A stretch of 64,000 bases of DNA, taken from Raillietiella orientalis (Eukaryota). Positions 25,100 through 38,399 of this stretch are shown here, one piece after another (the first letter of the stretch is position 1; each line of letters opens with the position of its first letter). The stretch spans positions 4,464,001-4,528,000 of the forward strand of contig JAYWIR010000006.1 of the NCBI GenBank assembly GCA_036172245.1. The letters run 5' to 3'. The position numbers and the translations under genes were made by a program. A model generated the notes under the pieces. The model searched no databases and was not told where the DNA came from. It was given only the letters and a program-made list of their open reading frames with translations.

Positions 25100-27750
25100 C
25101 TGTTTTTGCATGCAGAGAAAGTGGATAATGATGAAAAGGGATGTGTATTATTATGGAATCGAACACTCCTTCACTTGTTATCACTGATTCTCCAACATTT
25201 GACTTCCAAAAGGTCAATTAGAAATACAGAAAATGGGAAATGGTTCAAAGACATGCTCCAGCAGCTGAAGCCATTCGGAAAGTGTTTGTACAGAATTTCG
25301 AACGTTTCATTAATTGTCTTTTCCAAAGAAGAGAGATTTCCCGGCAACGACAACATTCATATCATGGTGCTTTCAACGGGTCGAGCTTCATGAAAAGCTA
25401 ATCTTGCACAGTCTCTCCACGTGTCATTCAAGACTTTGCTTAGGCGATGCCCAACGAGAATTCTGCCAGCCTTTGGTCGAGCAGTGCAGTCGCAGTGAGT
25501 CACAATTATTAGCAGTCAAAAATTCCTGTGTCCCCGGATTTGGACACTCACAAAAACCCTGCCACTTTCTTGTGTGTGATCAAAACTAGTCTGTTTATCA
25601 GAAGCAGCGAACAAAAGCTTGCTGGGCATCTGTTTTCGGCAGCTGAAGATGCCCGAGCCCAGGATTTCAGAAGGTTTTGTCCAGCAACCCCGTTGAGACT
25701 CATGAATTAGGTAATTGCTGTTTTCCATGGGGAAGCCTTTAAGGGATCTCCCATGTCCCTCTTATCTCCAATGCCTCGATTTTCATTCTTCGCCTGCTTT
25801 CCTTCGGATTTCCATTATCCGAAGATGACCGACTTCTCCGTTCGACATACACCTGACGCATAGTCCCTTCTTTTTACTTCGAAGACACCACAGCTAGAGA
25901 GCACATTCACTCTTTGTCACGAGGAAGAACTTCCTCCACATCACTCTACACAGGTTGCCTCGTTTTGCTTCCTCCTCTCGAGTACGGAATTCCGTACTTT
26001 GTACGTAATCTTATCGTGCTTTCACGAAGTCGAAGTACGAACCCGAGTCCAGTGAGATATTCTGTATGGCAAGGTGACCTCGTTTTCTAGATTTCCTGCT
26101 CTTTCTGATGATGCTGCGATGCAAAAAGGACGGAGTTTTCTGCGAAAAACCCCGATCTGTGCTCCTATACGCTCGAGATGACGTCAAGGCTTTGCGTAGG
26201 AATTTTTCCCTCGATCGGCTACCCCGAGCTTGTCCCACGACTTCGGAGAGATGACTGATGGAAGCTGAAGGTCTTGCATGCTCAAATAGATGACTTCGCG
26301 ACCGGAGGCAATACACATCCCGGCGGTTTTCTCCAGTGCTCCATCTCTGCTTTCAAGAGCTCTCAAGCAACAGAGCTCGCTATTGAAATGGCAACCCAAC
26401 TCCCCATTTCTGGAGGAAAGGTTGTGATGCACGACGACAACAGGGTTCGTCATTCGTGCCAAATACCCGTGAGCTGGCCCAAGAAGTGCTCTGTGAGACA
26501 AACGCTCTCTTAAGGACTAGTCGCTGAGGAGAAAACGCTGAAGACAACAGGGAAAACTCCAGCATCCAAATTCTACAAGGCCAGCTCTGAGAGGCTGCTT
26601 TGCGTCAGTTCCCGCAGCCATGCGGGTGTCACAGGACGCAGGTTCTCAGAGACAACGAAGGACGGCTATTTCTGTACAGGCAGATGAGAAAGAAAGCATA
26701 CTCTGTGTGTCTCCCAGAACGTGTTTCAAATGGAGATACCCCCCAAGTTGATCACAGCCGACCATTGAGTGGAGAGCAGAAGTTCCGTTGGCTTTTGGGA
26801 AGCGTAAGAAACCTGCACTCGTTTGATCACTTCCCTTTATGCCCAGGTGATTGTCGGAAAGAAGGCGTGTGAACTGCTGTTGCTGAGGGACCATGCCAAT
26901 GTCTCATCTGAAAAGAGGACATACCAAGGGGCCGCAAAGATACCCTGAGAACACATGGGTCCTTCAAAAACCTCTCTGCCTGATCTCTTTCGATCGCACT
27001 CGTAACAAAAGCCAAATGCAATTCGAGATTGGAGCTCCATTGACTGGCTGTCTGGATAAGGAGGTCTCCATGGATCGGAAGACGACTTTACTCACCAGAT
27101 ACACGACGCAAGTCAGAGGTTGAGGTTGGAGGAGAAAGAGTGCCATGGCTGTCTGTAAGCAGCCCCCGAAATGAACCGCTAGTCAGACTGCGGATGCACA
27201 AGAGTGGATCCTCAAGAACGGATGCAATCTCGTTCCCCAAAATCTGCATTAGCAAGAGGGGGGAAAGGATAAATGAGTTCTCCAAGAACAACAATTACTG
27301 ATATTCTGCCAGCGCGAATCCGGTTTGTCTTTCTTGTCGAAGTCGTGTAGTACCTCTTTAGCAACTCACTGCCCATCGTCTAGTGTTCCTTCTTGTGGAG
27401 TCTCAGAAAGTCCACCCCCTTTATTTGGAGAGCGCAAATGAAAACTTTGTCTGTAGAGTTCTCGCTGGGAGGTGTGCAAAGCTCCCTTGCCTGGCAACAT
27501 CCTCACCAAGGAGCGATCTAAAATGAACAGTCTGCATTTTGAACTCTTCATGCAACGAGCTGTTAAGGTGCCCATCTTGTTGCAGTTGACCTGAGAGACC
27601 ACAGAGGATAACCAGACGCGCCAATCCTTCGCCCACTGTGTAGAAATCGGATGCTGAGTCGAAAAGAACATTCAACAGCTGAATGATTGAATCCACATCT
27701 CTCTGGGATCGTAAGATGCAACGCGCGCGCGGGCTCAATTGCAGTGTGCA
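25100..27750. mobile_element. Old decayed non-LTR fragments (RT-like plus ~25100-26500; APE-like minus ~26600-27750)
   Basis: Only weak degenerate motifs (GSPMS near 25743; ARLVIL and ILGNEIASVL on the minus strand); many stops. Confidence 0.35.
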
Positions 27751-27760
27751 CTTGAATTGA

Positions 27761-30700
27761 CACCCGGTTGCTTCGAGAAATTTATTCATATAAAATAAAG
27801 TTATAGGTCGGTGGCAGTTACACATATAAGAAGAGGAACCTGCCGACAACCGACACGCACGCCGGCGAGGTTCGCCTCGGAAACAGAGGGGGAGGGGTCA
27901 AACAAAAACAAAACTAAAACAAAGAATATACAAAAACTTTGGAGGGATCGGGAAGGGATCACGGGCTGCTGGAGGAAGTCCTCTGCATCCTTACTAGGAT
28001 GCCAACAAGTTGCTGCTCCGTCATTCAAAGATGAGGTCACCTTGAAGGTATCCTTAGGAACGGGACCGCGGAATAGATTGCGTCCCTCCTCTGGAGATGC
28101 TCCGTGCAGCCGCGATCCCACGTAGGCAGCAAAGTGCTGCCGGGGCTGCGACCGGCGTGAGGGCGTCGCTCTGGAAGAGGCTCTCCAAAACGTGTCTGGG
28201 GGTTCGCAAGAAGCGACAAAGCGCTCCCACAGGGGACGGAGGACAACACAATCCATGAGGAGGTGCTGGAGGGACTCTCTCGCGCGGCATCTGTCGTAGT
28301 TCGGGCTTGCATTCCCCAGGGTTCAATGGTGTCGGCGGGTCCTACACGGGAAGCCCAGTGCGATAGCAAGAACGCCGACTCCTAACACTTTAGGGAGAGG
28401 GTTGCACTGTCCCAACACGCTGGGGGCCACTTCTCCTCTGGAGAAGTTTGTAGCAGCTCTCCCCGGCGTAGCAGTCTTTTGGGTGGAACGCCCAGGGTGG
28501 CAGCTTCCGCCAGATCCCGAGTTGTCCACGCACCCACATTTTTCTTCTTATTTTGTATATCACACGTTACTTCCCACCATGCTGGAAGTAGGCCGTACCT
28601 TGCTTCCCGTAGGGAGGACGGCACTGGGGCAAGGGGGTGAACGACGCCCAAAGCAGATTCCTGATGCTACCCAGGATCTCCCTCAACGATTGACGGGAGT
28701 ATCTGATGTTCCGTAGGCAGATGCACTCTACCTCGCACGTGTCGTTGACTTTTCCCCATTCGAAAACGGACTCCTGGAGCCAGACAGTTCAGCTTTCGAG
28801 GAGGATGGAGATCCAGGGCTTCCAGCGGACCAAGGCAATCTTGGTAGGAGTTGGGAGCCAAGATGTCTCAGACTTCTCTAGGTGGCCACGACGACCGAGG
28901 TCAGTCCCTCTCAGCCGGTTGCTCGCTTGGTGCAGGACGCATGCCGGAGCGCACCAAGGTGTGGGCCACAACTTGGACGCAAGGACGAATCGGAAGTATG
29001 GGCCTGGAAGGACGTGAACTAATGCTGCCAATGACCATGCTGAAAAGAGTCATGCGAGGGCACTTGCAGTGAGTCAGGATCCATTGCTGGGTATTCACTC
29101 TGCAGAATTGAGCTCCAGCAGTGTAAGGTTGCGAGACATTCGGGTAGACGAAACTCTCTTGCCATCTTTAATGCTTCAGCTCACCAAAGGTTAGCCGTTT
29201 TGCCTGCGCAGACTCTTCTCTTTCAAGCACAGGGAGAATTTCAGCATCCAGGAGTTCCTTTCCAACGTGAGACCGAAAGAGAAACCGTGCCAAGAGTGGC
29301 AACCAGAAGCAAGAAGGCCTGTCGACCTGCATGAACCCTTGGAACGAGGCTGAGCGCACGATTCTCCCTCTTAGAAGATGGAGTCATCGAGTCGTTAGGC
29401 AGAATGCCATCCCCCAGAAAATGCAGGGACCCAGCAGGAGTATCTACATTGGACTGTCCAACAGGAGTGCTGAATTGAAGGAGAGGCTCGAAGGAGTTGC
29501 AAGCGCTCTCGCAACACTGGCTGCGTTATCCAAGAAAGGGCTTTGCCTCCAATCAGAGGTGCTCACGTGCCTCTTCTGCACCCAGCAACCATCCGACGTT
29601 GACAAACAGCAGTTCATGAGGATCCAGAAAGCATCTTATGAGATCGAGCGCCATGGGCGCCGCTCGTAAAATCCCTGCTCGTACTCCATACCAGAATGTG
29701 GAAGAAGGGTGAGGGTCGAAAGATGGGGATAGGAACGAGCAGGATCCAGAATTAAGGGCCTTCCAACAGTGCGCACGTGTTCAGCTAAATCTAAAAATTG
29801 ACTCATTCATCAGCCAACTGGCAACTGGATTCGAATTTGTCCTCCACAATTGTTGCGGAAGAGTTGGTCGGGTGGAAAAAGCTTTTTGAGAAGTTCGAAA
29901 CCCACGCATCAGTCCACATCAAGAAGACTGAAGAAGAGATCTTCATCCAGCTGTTGAGCCTGTTCCACGGTTTGGTTCCGAGCAGTGACTGAGCCAACCT
30001 TAAAAAAATGTCAACTAAGGAAACTGGAACTTCCCACAAACTTCACCTCTTCGTGATCTGAGTCAGAAATGGCCGGGATTGGAAGTTGACCCTCCGAGGC
30101 CCTTCCAAGAATCAGGAAGTCGGCTCCCATGGAGGTTTCCCTCCGGTTGTGAAAATAGAACCGTCCTTTTCTCTGAGGGGGAGCCTTATTGCGTACCATG
30201 AAGCTGGCTGATGTTCCCCTCAGGAGTTGGCCCTCCGGAGTGTTCAAGTGCGCTACTCCTTCCGGCGAGCGCCTTTCAGAGAAATTGGGAAGCGTCCCTT
30301 CAGGGTTGTCCTCCAAGGAGTAAACAAAAAAGGTTCCCTTGCAGGTTCCCTCTGGAGAGAAAGTTCCAGGAACGGATCCCTTTCCCTTCAGGGCAGAAAC
30401 GAGGAGCGGCCCCCAGGAACCGGAAGATTCTTTCAGAGAGAATGAAGAGTGTCCCCTTCCGGTCGGAGACAACCAGAGAGAGATTTCCTTCGGGATGTCT
30501 TCCCATACTCATAGTATGGTTGCCTCCGGAGTACCCTTTAGCTTGAAGAGTTTCTTCACACATCCTCTGGTGGTGTGGACGGTGTCAAAGAGCCTCGTGA
30601 GCCATCAGGAGGCGAGGGACGGCTCTTGAGCACTTGCTGAACCAAGAGAAAGGAAGACCCTAAAAAAAAAAGCTGGAAAGGAAACAGCGAAACGGAAGAA

Positions 30701-31750
30701 CCCCAAGAGATTTCCGTCATGTTTTTGTGGCGCACTGAAACAGCAGCGTTCTCCCCCTCAATTGACAGGGGTCGGTGTTGCTGGTGTTGAATGGGAAGAA
30801 TCCCGTGCAAAGTGCGCCTTCACCACTTCACACGGGAAAGAGTGGACTCTGAGTGAGGCAGATACGGGAAGAAGAAGGGAACCCTTCCTCACTGCCTTTC
30901 GACTTTGCTGCCCTCCGACCCCTTTAAGATCGAATCGAGATGATCCTAGGAACCTGGAGTGGACCCCGGGAACATTTTTAAACGCCTCTTAGCGTGTGCC
31001 GCACGGCCGCTAGCCGCATCTCGCAGTCCTCTGCAGTCTTCGCAGGATCACGGCGGCCTGGAACGCGGGAAGAAGAGGGATGAAATGACAAACACCATCC
31101 ATTGGGAGCGGTTCTTCCTGAGGACCACCTGGAGATGGCCCCACATGGGCGTATCCGGACGGAATTTGCCAGCATCCTGAGCAGGATGAAGAGAACGCCT
31201 GGCAGCGTACCGAGATCCTTTCCTCGATCCCTTCCCTTCCCATGTAAAATTTCCCCTTTCTGTGGTTTCCTTCTAGAAGTGTATAAGGTCGATTCTGTGC
31301 TCCTCTGCTCTCATGAGAAACGTCCAGCGTCCGTTGAAAGGACAATGGACTTGGCGATCAGCAGATGACCTGAAAGGAGTGACCTTTTGACCTTTTGACT
31401 TCGCCATGCCCAAGAAGCAAACGCGCGCCGGCGTTTGAAAGGCTGCCATCTTTATCTCAGTGCAAGAGCTCCACGAGCTTCTCCGTCTGGATGCTGACTT
31501 CGCCCTTCATCTCTCGTTCTCGTGCTATGGAGGCCCAAGTATCCGACCTTGAACTCTTCTCACGCCTCATGAGCGGCGCTACTCGGATCCCGAGGGGCGC
31601 AATATGTGCACTGTGCACCAGTAGCTCCAAAAACACCATCATGAAATTACGCAACACCTTCTCGCCTGCAATTGCACTCGTGCTCGGCGGGAAGTGACAC
31701 CACGCAATGGGAAGGTCATCAAAAGGGTTTCGTATCACTTCCTCGCCATT
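27761..31750 (-). mobile_element. Near full-length decayed L1/Tx1-like retrotransposon (ORF1-like, APE, RT, CCHC, 3' UTR)
   Basis: Motifs occur in the expected order on the minus strand: VILRRL (~31040), RFYF...ISDSDH (30050-30165), WRSIS (~29650), IALVRWK (~28830), IRNLLW (~28660), RCRARESLQHLLMDCVVLRPLWE (~28230-28290), a T-rich UTR, and the AATAAA+20-nt terminus at 27761-27786. Confidence 0.8.
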
Positions 31751-33199
31751 CCGAGCGCCTTTCCTTGCTGAGAGTCGCCCTCTTTGTGGGTCGCCTGAGT
31801 TCCGCTTAGAACGAAGGAAGCTTTAGTGTATCCTCAGTGAAGTCCCCACTGAATACGCTCGTGCCCAAAGGAAGGATGCGCTCCCTTCTCTTCCCTGGGA
31901 GTAACCGGAGAAATCTTGCAAGATCGATGCTCCTGATTGGCATCCAAAGAAGAGATCTCGAATACGGTTGCAGTAACTTGAATCAGATTGCCTTCCAATG
32001 TCTTCCTGGAGCCAACAGGGAGTGCGCGTGACACCTATGGCACTCCAACAGCTGTGTCTTGCATATACATTTCATACATTTCTGACAGTTGGCATTGTCT
32101 TTGCACCCTTCTGGTGGTCTGCACGGATCGAAGACCTCTTCTCGATTCCTTGCAGACAAACTGGGTTTGCTTTCCTCTGACTTCAGCACCCCGCTGTCGT
32201 GTGCCTGCAAACAAAAGAAAGCCTTCATGCGTGAGCGACACCAAAGTCACACGGAAGAAAATCCCTCCAGGTTCTGTGGCGACTTGACCTGGAGTCTTTC
32301 CTGACCTTAAAGCCCTTTTGCGCTTGAAGTTGGCGGCTGCAAAGCAACAATGGTACCGACCTATCATTCTTCGCAACCGAGTGCTACTAAAGTGCCTTTG
32401 CTTTAGCAAGTCAGCTAGGGCGAGCTATAGGTCTCTTCTTCCAGTGTGCAAGGCTGGATACTCACCAACGCCGTTTTTAAGGAGAGATAACCGGAGATGT
32501 CCCCGTTCTAGTAGTTCATGAAACAAAGATGGTCGTTGGTTTTCGGAAGCAGACTGACAGCAAGCATTGCAAGACAACTCCCTCAGAATCGAATAGGCTA
32601 CTACTCGATCTCGATCTCCCTGTTTCTTTTGCTTCGGCTGCTATGGAACCTGATGGGAACCCCACAGTCGAGTGAACCGTTCCTTCCTTCCCTTCGAGCA
32701 TCCGGCCCGAACCAATTCGCTGCTTCCATGCCCGGTGACCGTTGACGCTCTGACAGAATACAGGATAAACAAGCAGTGTACCTTCCGCAGAGTTGTCCAC
32801 CAGGGAGATGTTGTGGAAGTGATCTGGGGACCTCCAAGTTCCCGAATTCGTTTGCTATTGAGGTTGATCCTTCCCTCCTTGCAAGGACAAGAAAACCAGA
32901 GACATTTGAGGCTAATTATCGAATTCCAAGAGTGCGTTCATATGAAAATGAATTTCTTTGTGCACAGCTGACTAAACAAAGCAAACGTGCTGCACTGGCG
33001 CTCTTGAGAACATATGAAGACGATGATCTCTTCCTTTTCTTCATTTACCTCGATCCCAGCTCAAGAAAGACAGAATGTTTTTTGTTATGCTCTCCAGCAG
33101 GGATGGCATGGGCGTTCGAGCGCGCACACGGAAAGTCCTGCTCTTCCATGCCCGCCACTCCGCGGCCTTTCATCCCACTTCTAAGCACCTGATTTGAGG

Positions 33200-34747
33200 A
33201 CTGCTTGCTACTTTGGACTTGGTATTCTCAGAAGAGCTTCGAAGGCAGATTTCGGATACCCTGAGCAGAAAGATGTGGAAGTATGTGCTCCTTTCCGATG
33301 TTCTTTTCTCCAGGCTGATGGTGACTTTGCAACTGATAATACGAGACTCTGGCTCCAAACGTGGCGCAGTTCTAGGCTGCGTGGTGAGAGATCGCTTCGT
33401 CAACTAATGAAGCACCATCTGACAGCTGCGGTTTCCCACCATCCAAAACCGCCACCTGGCAATGCGGTCATCAGCAGCAACCATCAGCGTCGAATTCATT
33501 CTGATGCTCAGGTTTTATCCAGAGATGAGTCGAGAGGAACTTCCGAGATGAAATGAACCGAGAAAATTCTCTTCGCGTTTTTCTGAATAGCATGCCCGGC
33601 TTGTCGTCATGGGGATAGAGCACGGGCTTCAAGGACACCATACCGGGAGCGAACAGAGACGGAATGCTAGGCACGGGAAGACGGTCATGAGGAGGTGGAG
33701 TTCTCCCTGAAAACCTGAGAGATTCACCCCGTAGACTCGAAATGGCTCTTCCTCACTGCTCCTGGAAGGGAAGGTGGAACTAGGAAGGAGTAAAGCAGTT
33801 AAGGACGAGAGAAGGAAGGGGTCATGGAATCGAACGAAGGAAGGAACACGTTTTAATTTGCTGTGCCTCTCCGTGGTCTCTACAGCCGCAGAAACGCCAG
33901 GAAGGCACCGTCTGCACGCACCGCTGGCTTGCCGCGTACTGCAGCAGATCGAAGAGCATGTGCTGCCGGATGGTCGACGACGCGTTCCGCAGCCTGACGA
34001 CCTCCGTGCGTTCAGCGTTGGCACCTCGTTTTCGTGGAAACTGCGTTCCCGAACTGTGCCAGGTGCAGGTCGGTGGAGTCGATACTGCACCTGCTTTTGG
34101 ACTGAGACACCCTCCAGGGGCTGTGGCGGAGGCTGGAGTCAGCGTTCTTGCGCCTCAAGGACACCGTCCGCGACCTGCTGCGGCGATTCCTCACACCCGA
34201 CGGACTCTCGACCGACACGGCGATCGCACTGATGGAGCGGTTGCATCCGCTCCATCGTCGCGGCCCGCGACATGCTGGAAATGCAGACGCAGCGAAGGGA
34301 GGTCACCACGGTGGCTGACGCCTGTATGAGGAAAGCTGCAAGGTGGCCTTGCCTGGAAGAGGAATTCAGGTCGGAGATCGCCGGCAGCTGGCGCAAGTAC
34401 TGAAAAGAAGGAAAGGACGGAACCGGTTACCCCTGAGCCCATCCTCCTTTTGCTTATTGTCCCCTTATTTATTTTCGTCTTTTCCCATTCGCTCCCACTT
34501 CCGAACTTTTCTTTCTTTTTTTTTTTCTTCCTGTCTCAGGAAGGAGCGAACCAAAGACGCCTGCTCCCATCTTCCCATATTTCCATACTTATTTCTTGCC
34601 ATGTTCCTTCCGTTCCCTATTTTTAGATGTCCCAACCTGCATGTCGGTGGACCCTGCCCCTAAACTTCTTTTGCCTCCGGTTGGGAACCGAGTTCCCATT
34701 TGGTTTATTTCCTATTAAATAAACACCCCTGCGTGACCGGGTGAAAA
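33200..34747 (+). mobile_element. 5'-truncated L1/Tx1-like copy
   Basis: CARCRSVESILHLLLD*DTLQGLWRRL at 34056, DLLRRFL, ARWPCLEEE, a T-rich UTR and the conserved terminus at 34718-34747. Confidence 0.85.
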
Positions 34748-35899
34748 GCTTCTGTCGAAGTTGGCGTGATATGCAGAAGTGTTTGGAGAACGCAGAGAGG
34801 AAGCGCCGCAGCGTTTTGCGCAAGCGCAGAAGTCGAATGGCTTTCGCTTTCCCCTGCAACAACGCCGCTGGCGTGAAGGCGATCCCGACGAGAGGGACTG
34901 CTGTGCTCCCCAGAGTTAGCGGGGTCGCTGTGTCCCCCTTTGGAAAGACCCGGCGTCCGAAAGACTGGGCGGTCAACTCCAGCAAAATAGAATACTGTCC
35001 GCAACCTGGTTGCAGAGATCGTTTTCGTTGCCGTGGAAGCAGAGAGCAGCCTCTGATATGAGGTCGCGGATGCGTGTGAACCACAGGGGGGATCCGACTC
35101 TGCGGAATCGAGGCCTTTTACTGTCCATCCATCCTCTTCCGGCATGAATTCTTTCCAAGCCATCGCCACGCCCTCTGGGAAGTTCTTTTCCATTTCAGGG
35201 ACGGAATGGCCGCATGAATTCCTTAAGGTAGACTGACATTAGAATCTCAACCTCCCCTCTCTTTGCTGGAAGGATCAGTCATCAGCGGATCACTTGGAGT
35301 ATCTTTGGCAATGACAAAGAGATGCCCACCCACACAAGGCTGCGGAAACATCTGGATCCATGTTGAGAAACTCGAGCGTGCACAATCCACTCTGCCTTTC
35401 GTCACTCCTATTGCATAACGAGCGACGTCTCGTGCTCACAGTTTCGCGAATGGCGCATCCTCGACAATCAATACACACAGAGAAAACCGAGCGCCAACAA
35501 CATACAACATGGAAACTGGGATCTCAATGTCTCCAGATGAGGTATCCAAGAGGTCACCCTAAGTAAGCACCAGTTTGCCACAGAGATATTTCGTTTAAAA
35601 GAACAAAAAAGCATCAGAAATCTCCTTCTCCGTATTTCCGATTGAGCGGCATCCCCACAGCAAGTTGGAAAGCACTACGGAAGGCGGAAGAATTCTCTGG
35701 CTAAGTGAACGTGGCAACGCTGTATGACGTCACTGCCATCGAGTCATCAAGCAGGGCGGCCTTTTTTCTCACTAAGCTCAGACGCTTCACCTTCAAGGAT
35801 TTCTAAATGGAAGGTCGCTGCAGGTTTCTGATGAAAGTCAGACAAGTGCGTGCAGCTGCAGTTGCATAGAGAAGCTGGGAACTGTGCCACGGCATCACG

Positions 35900-36545
35900 A
35901 CTGCGGGAGAGTTGAGGATGCCGCAAAACCCTCGCTATTATGAGGTCACTTGGGTTGTTGCTTGTTCTCATCTGATTTCGAAAGGTCGCACCGATTCTCT
36001 TTGCTCCCTTGCTCGCAACCCATCCTTTGTGGAGGCTGCTTGTTCCCAAGCGGACGGTGGAGACCAGCTTGTTCTTCTCCAGAACCTGGCTGGAGTTGCA
36101 ACAGCGAGTTGCGTCCCACGGTCGGGAGAATCCAGCATTCCCCGACGGCCGATGACGAAGAGACCGACGGGATGACCACGTGCCAAGAGTCCTTGAAGTC
36201 GTCGTCGATTTGCAGAGAACATTCAACTCGAACGATTAGGACGTTCCTGGACGTCTTCGCGGCCTACCTGAGCTCCAGCTGGCCCGGTGCTATTATCAAT
36301 GCCGATTTCCGGTCAGGACTTTTGGAGGCCGGAACGTTTGTGGCGCGCTAGTGCGACGCCGTATCCGGCAAGGAGACATCCCAAGACCCCTTCTCTTCAG
36401 CATCCACTTCAAGTTGGTGCTGAGGGCACACAAGGTGGCCCTTGCTATCTTGCCGAGCTCGTGCCCCGCCGGCACGGCTGCCTTGCCTACCTACGCTGAC
36501 GATCTGCTGCTGCTGCTCCACGGGTCCACCCTGGAACCAAAACTC
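35900..36545 (+). mobile_element. L1/Tx1-like RT fragment, cut off just after YADD by an opposite-strand insertion
   Basis: FLDVFAAY (~36245), IRQGDIPRPLLFSIHFKLVLRAH (36363), YADDLLLLL (36492). Confidence 0.9.
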
Positions 36546-36551
36546 GATTTT

Positions 36552-38300
36552 TACCCGGGTATGCTGGGGCGTTTATTTAGGAAATAGATAAACATTTACA
36601 AACTCTGTGGTTGAACCAGTGGTCGAACCCCTTTTTTTCTGAACTAACCTGTCGCGCTACTGGTTCGCAGACTGGTGAGTTCCACCACGACAGCAGAGGG
36701 GAAAGGACAAACAAAAAGGAAAAAAACAAAAACAAAAAATAAAAAGAAATAAACTTAGGGGTGGGTAGCATCCTTTGTTGGATGCGGGCAGGCTCTTGCT
36801 GGATGTGGCTGTTCAAGTGGGACCATCTCGATGTCATCCTCATGAATGGGACGACGAAGTGAATAGCCTCCTTAAGGAAGCGACGATGCGGCGTAGGCAG
36901 TCCAAAGCTGATGCTAGCGAGGCTGCTGACCGGAGCGCTCGCGGTCAAGGAGGGTTTTCATAGCGTCCCTGGCATTGCTGCCGGGAGTCTCTAGGGCCTC
37001 AGCAAAGCGTTCCCAGAGATGCTAGAGAACAGCACAATCCACAAGCGGGTGCGGGAGAAATTCGCTCTCCCGCATCTGCCATAGTTGGGTCCACACCTTC
37101 CCTGTGTCCAGTGATGCCAGTGGGCATTGCACGAAAGACCCCAGTGATATAGCATCAGCTCGAACTCCTGCCACTTCAAGGATAGAGTGTGGGAGTTCAA
37201 GAGCACTGGGGGCCACTGCAGTCTTTCCCAGGAATACCTAGTAGCTCTCCCGAGCGCAAAAGTCCTCAGGGTGGGGGGCACTTGGGGTCGCAGCTTTTGT
37301 GAGCTAGCCCGTCGTCCACTCTCAGAGTCCTTTTACCCTTCCGAAGATCCCATCGAGTTTCAAGGCTACGTAGGCATGCAACTAGATGGGAGTTTATTGT
37401 AAACATCATCTTGTAATTGTTCCCACAGAAAAGGAAGCAGCAAGGAGGTTCTTGGCCACGCACTCTCCGATGGGTGTTCCAGGATCTCCCTCAGCGAGCA
37501 GTTGTTGTAAAAGCAGTGGAACAAGCGCCCAGAACAGGCATGGCTCGCTGTGCTTCGCCCATGTGCGAACGGTTCCCTGCAACCAGGCACTACCGTGCGC
37601 AAAGCGACAAGAGATCCCGCTGTTGGTCCTGGTGAGCGTAGCCACTTGCCTAAGCTGCAATCCGCAGTGAGAAATGCTGCGGCGACGGCGCGCAAGGAAG
37701 GATGCGAGTCCTCCGCGGCCAGTGGCCTGCTAGGTGAGGAGGAGTGCAAGATCGCACCAGGTGATGCTGCGGGACGAGCTTGGAGATAAACAGGGCGAAG
37801 CCATCGGCGGTGGCAGTTGGTGCGTCGCTTGCTGTGGAAGCAGACCCACGACGAGTGGTTAAGAGGACATCTGCGGTCTTATGGACCGATGTAGTCTTTC
37901 CTTTCTCTGGTACTAAGAACCTGCCGATTTACAGTTTGTGGAGTGCTCGGAAAGTCGACCTATCGAGCGATGGACTGCAGCGTACCTCCGCTCGTTCATC
38001 CTAGAGAAAGGTCAAATCGCAATGTGCGGCTGTATATGCAAGCAAGAGGATCCCATGAAACCTCCAATGGTCTTCACCAACTTATTCGCTGCTTGAAGGA
38101 GAGGTCAGCAGTGCCTGGAACTACAACCGACAACACAGTGACGAGTGACAACACAGTCATGAGAAGAAAAGCCGAGCTGTCATCATCTTCACTTGAAGAT
38201 CCGGAGGTGATCTCCTGGTCTTCTGATAAGCTCGAAGATCCAATGATCCGATTGAACAGTTGGGTCTTTGATTTCATTCACATTTTCTATGCGATGCATT
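36552..38300 (-). mobile_element. 5'-truncated L1/Tx1-like copy
   Basis: ESEFLPHPLVDCAVL*HLW finger remnant at ~37010-37080, a T-rich UTR, and the terminus at 36552-36577. The 5' limit is approximate. Confidence 0.75.
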
Positions 38301-38399
38301 GCTCAAAGAAGAGACTCACTTTATAGCCCCTACCACGCCTGTGCTACATTGCAACATCCGGAACCCTTTAGCAGCAGTGACCTGAGTTTACTTTTCCTC

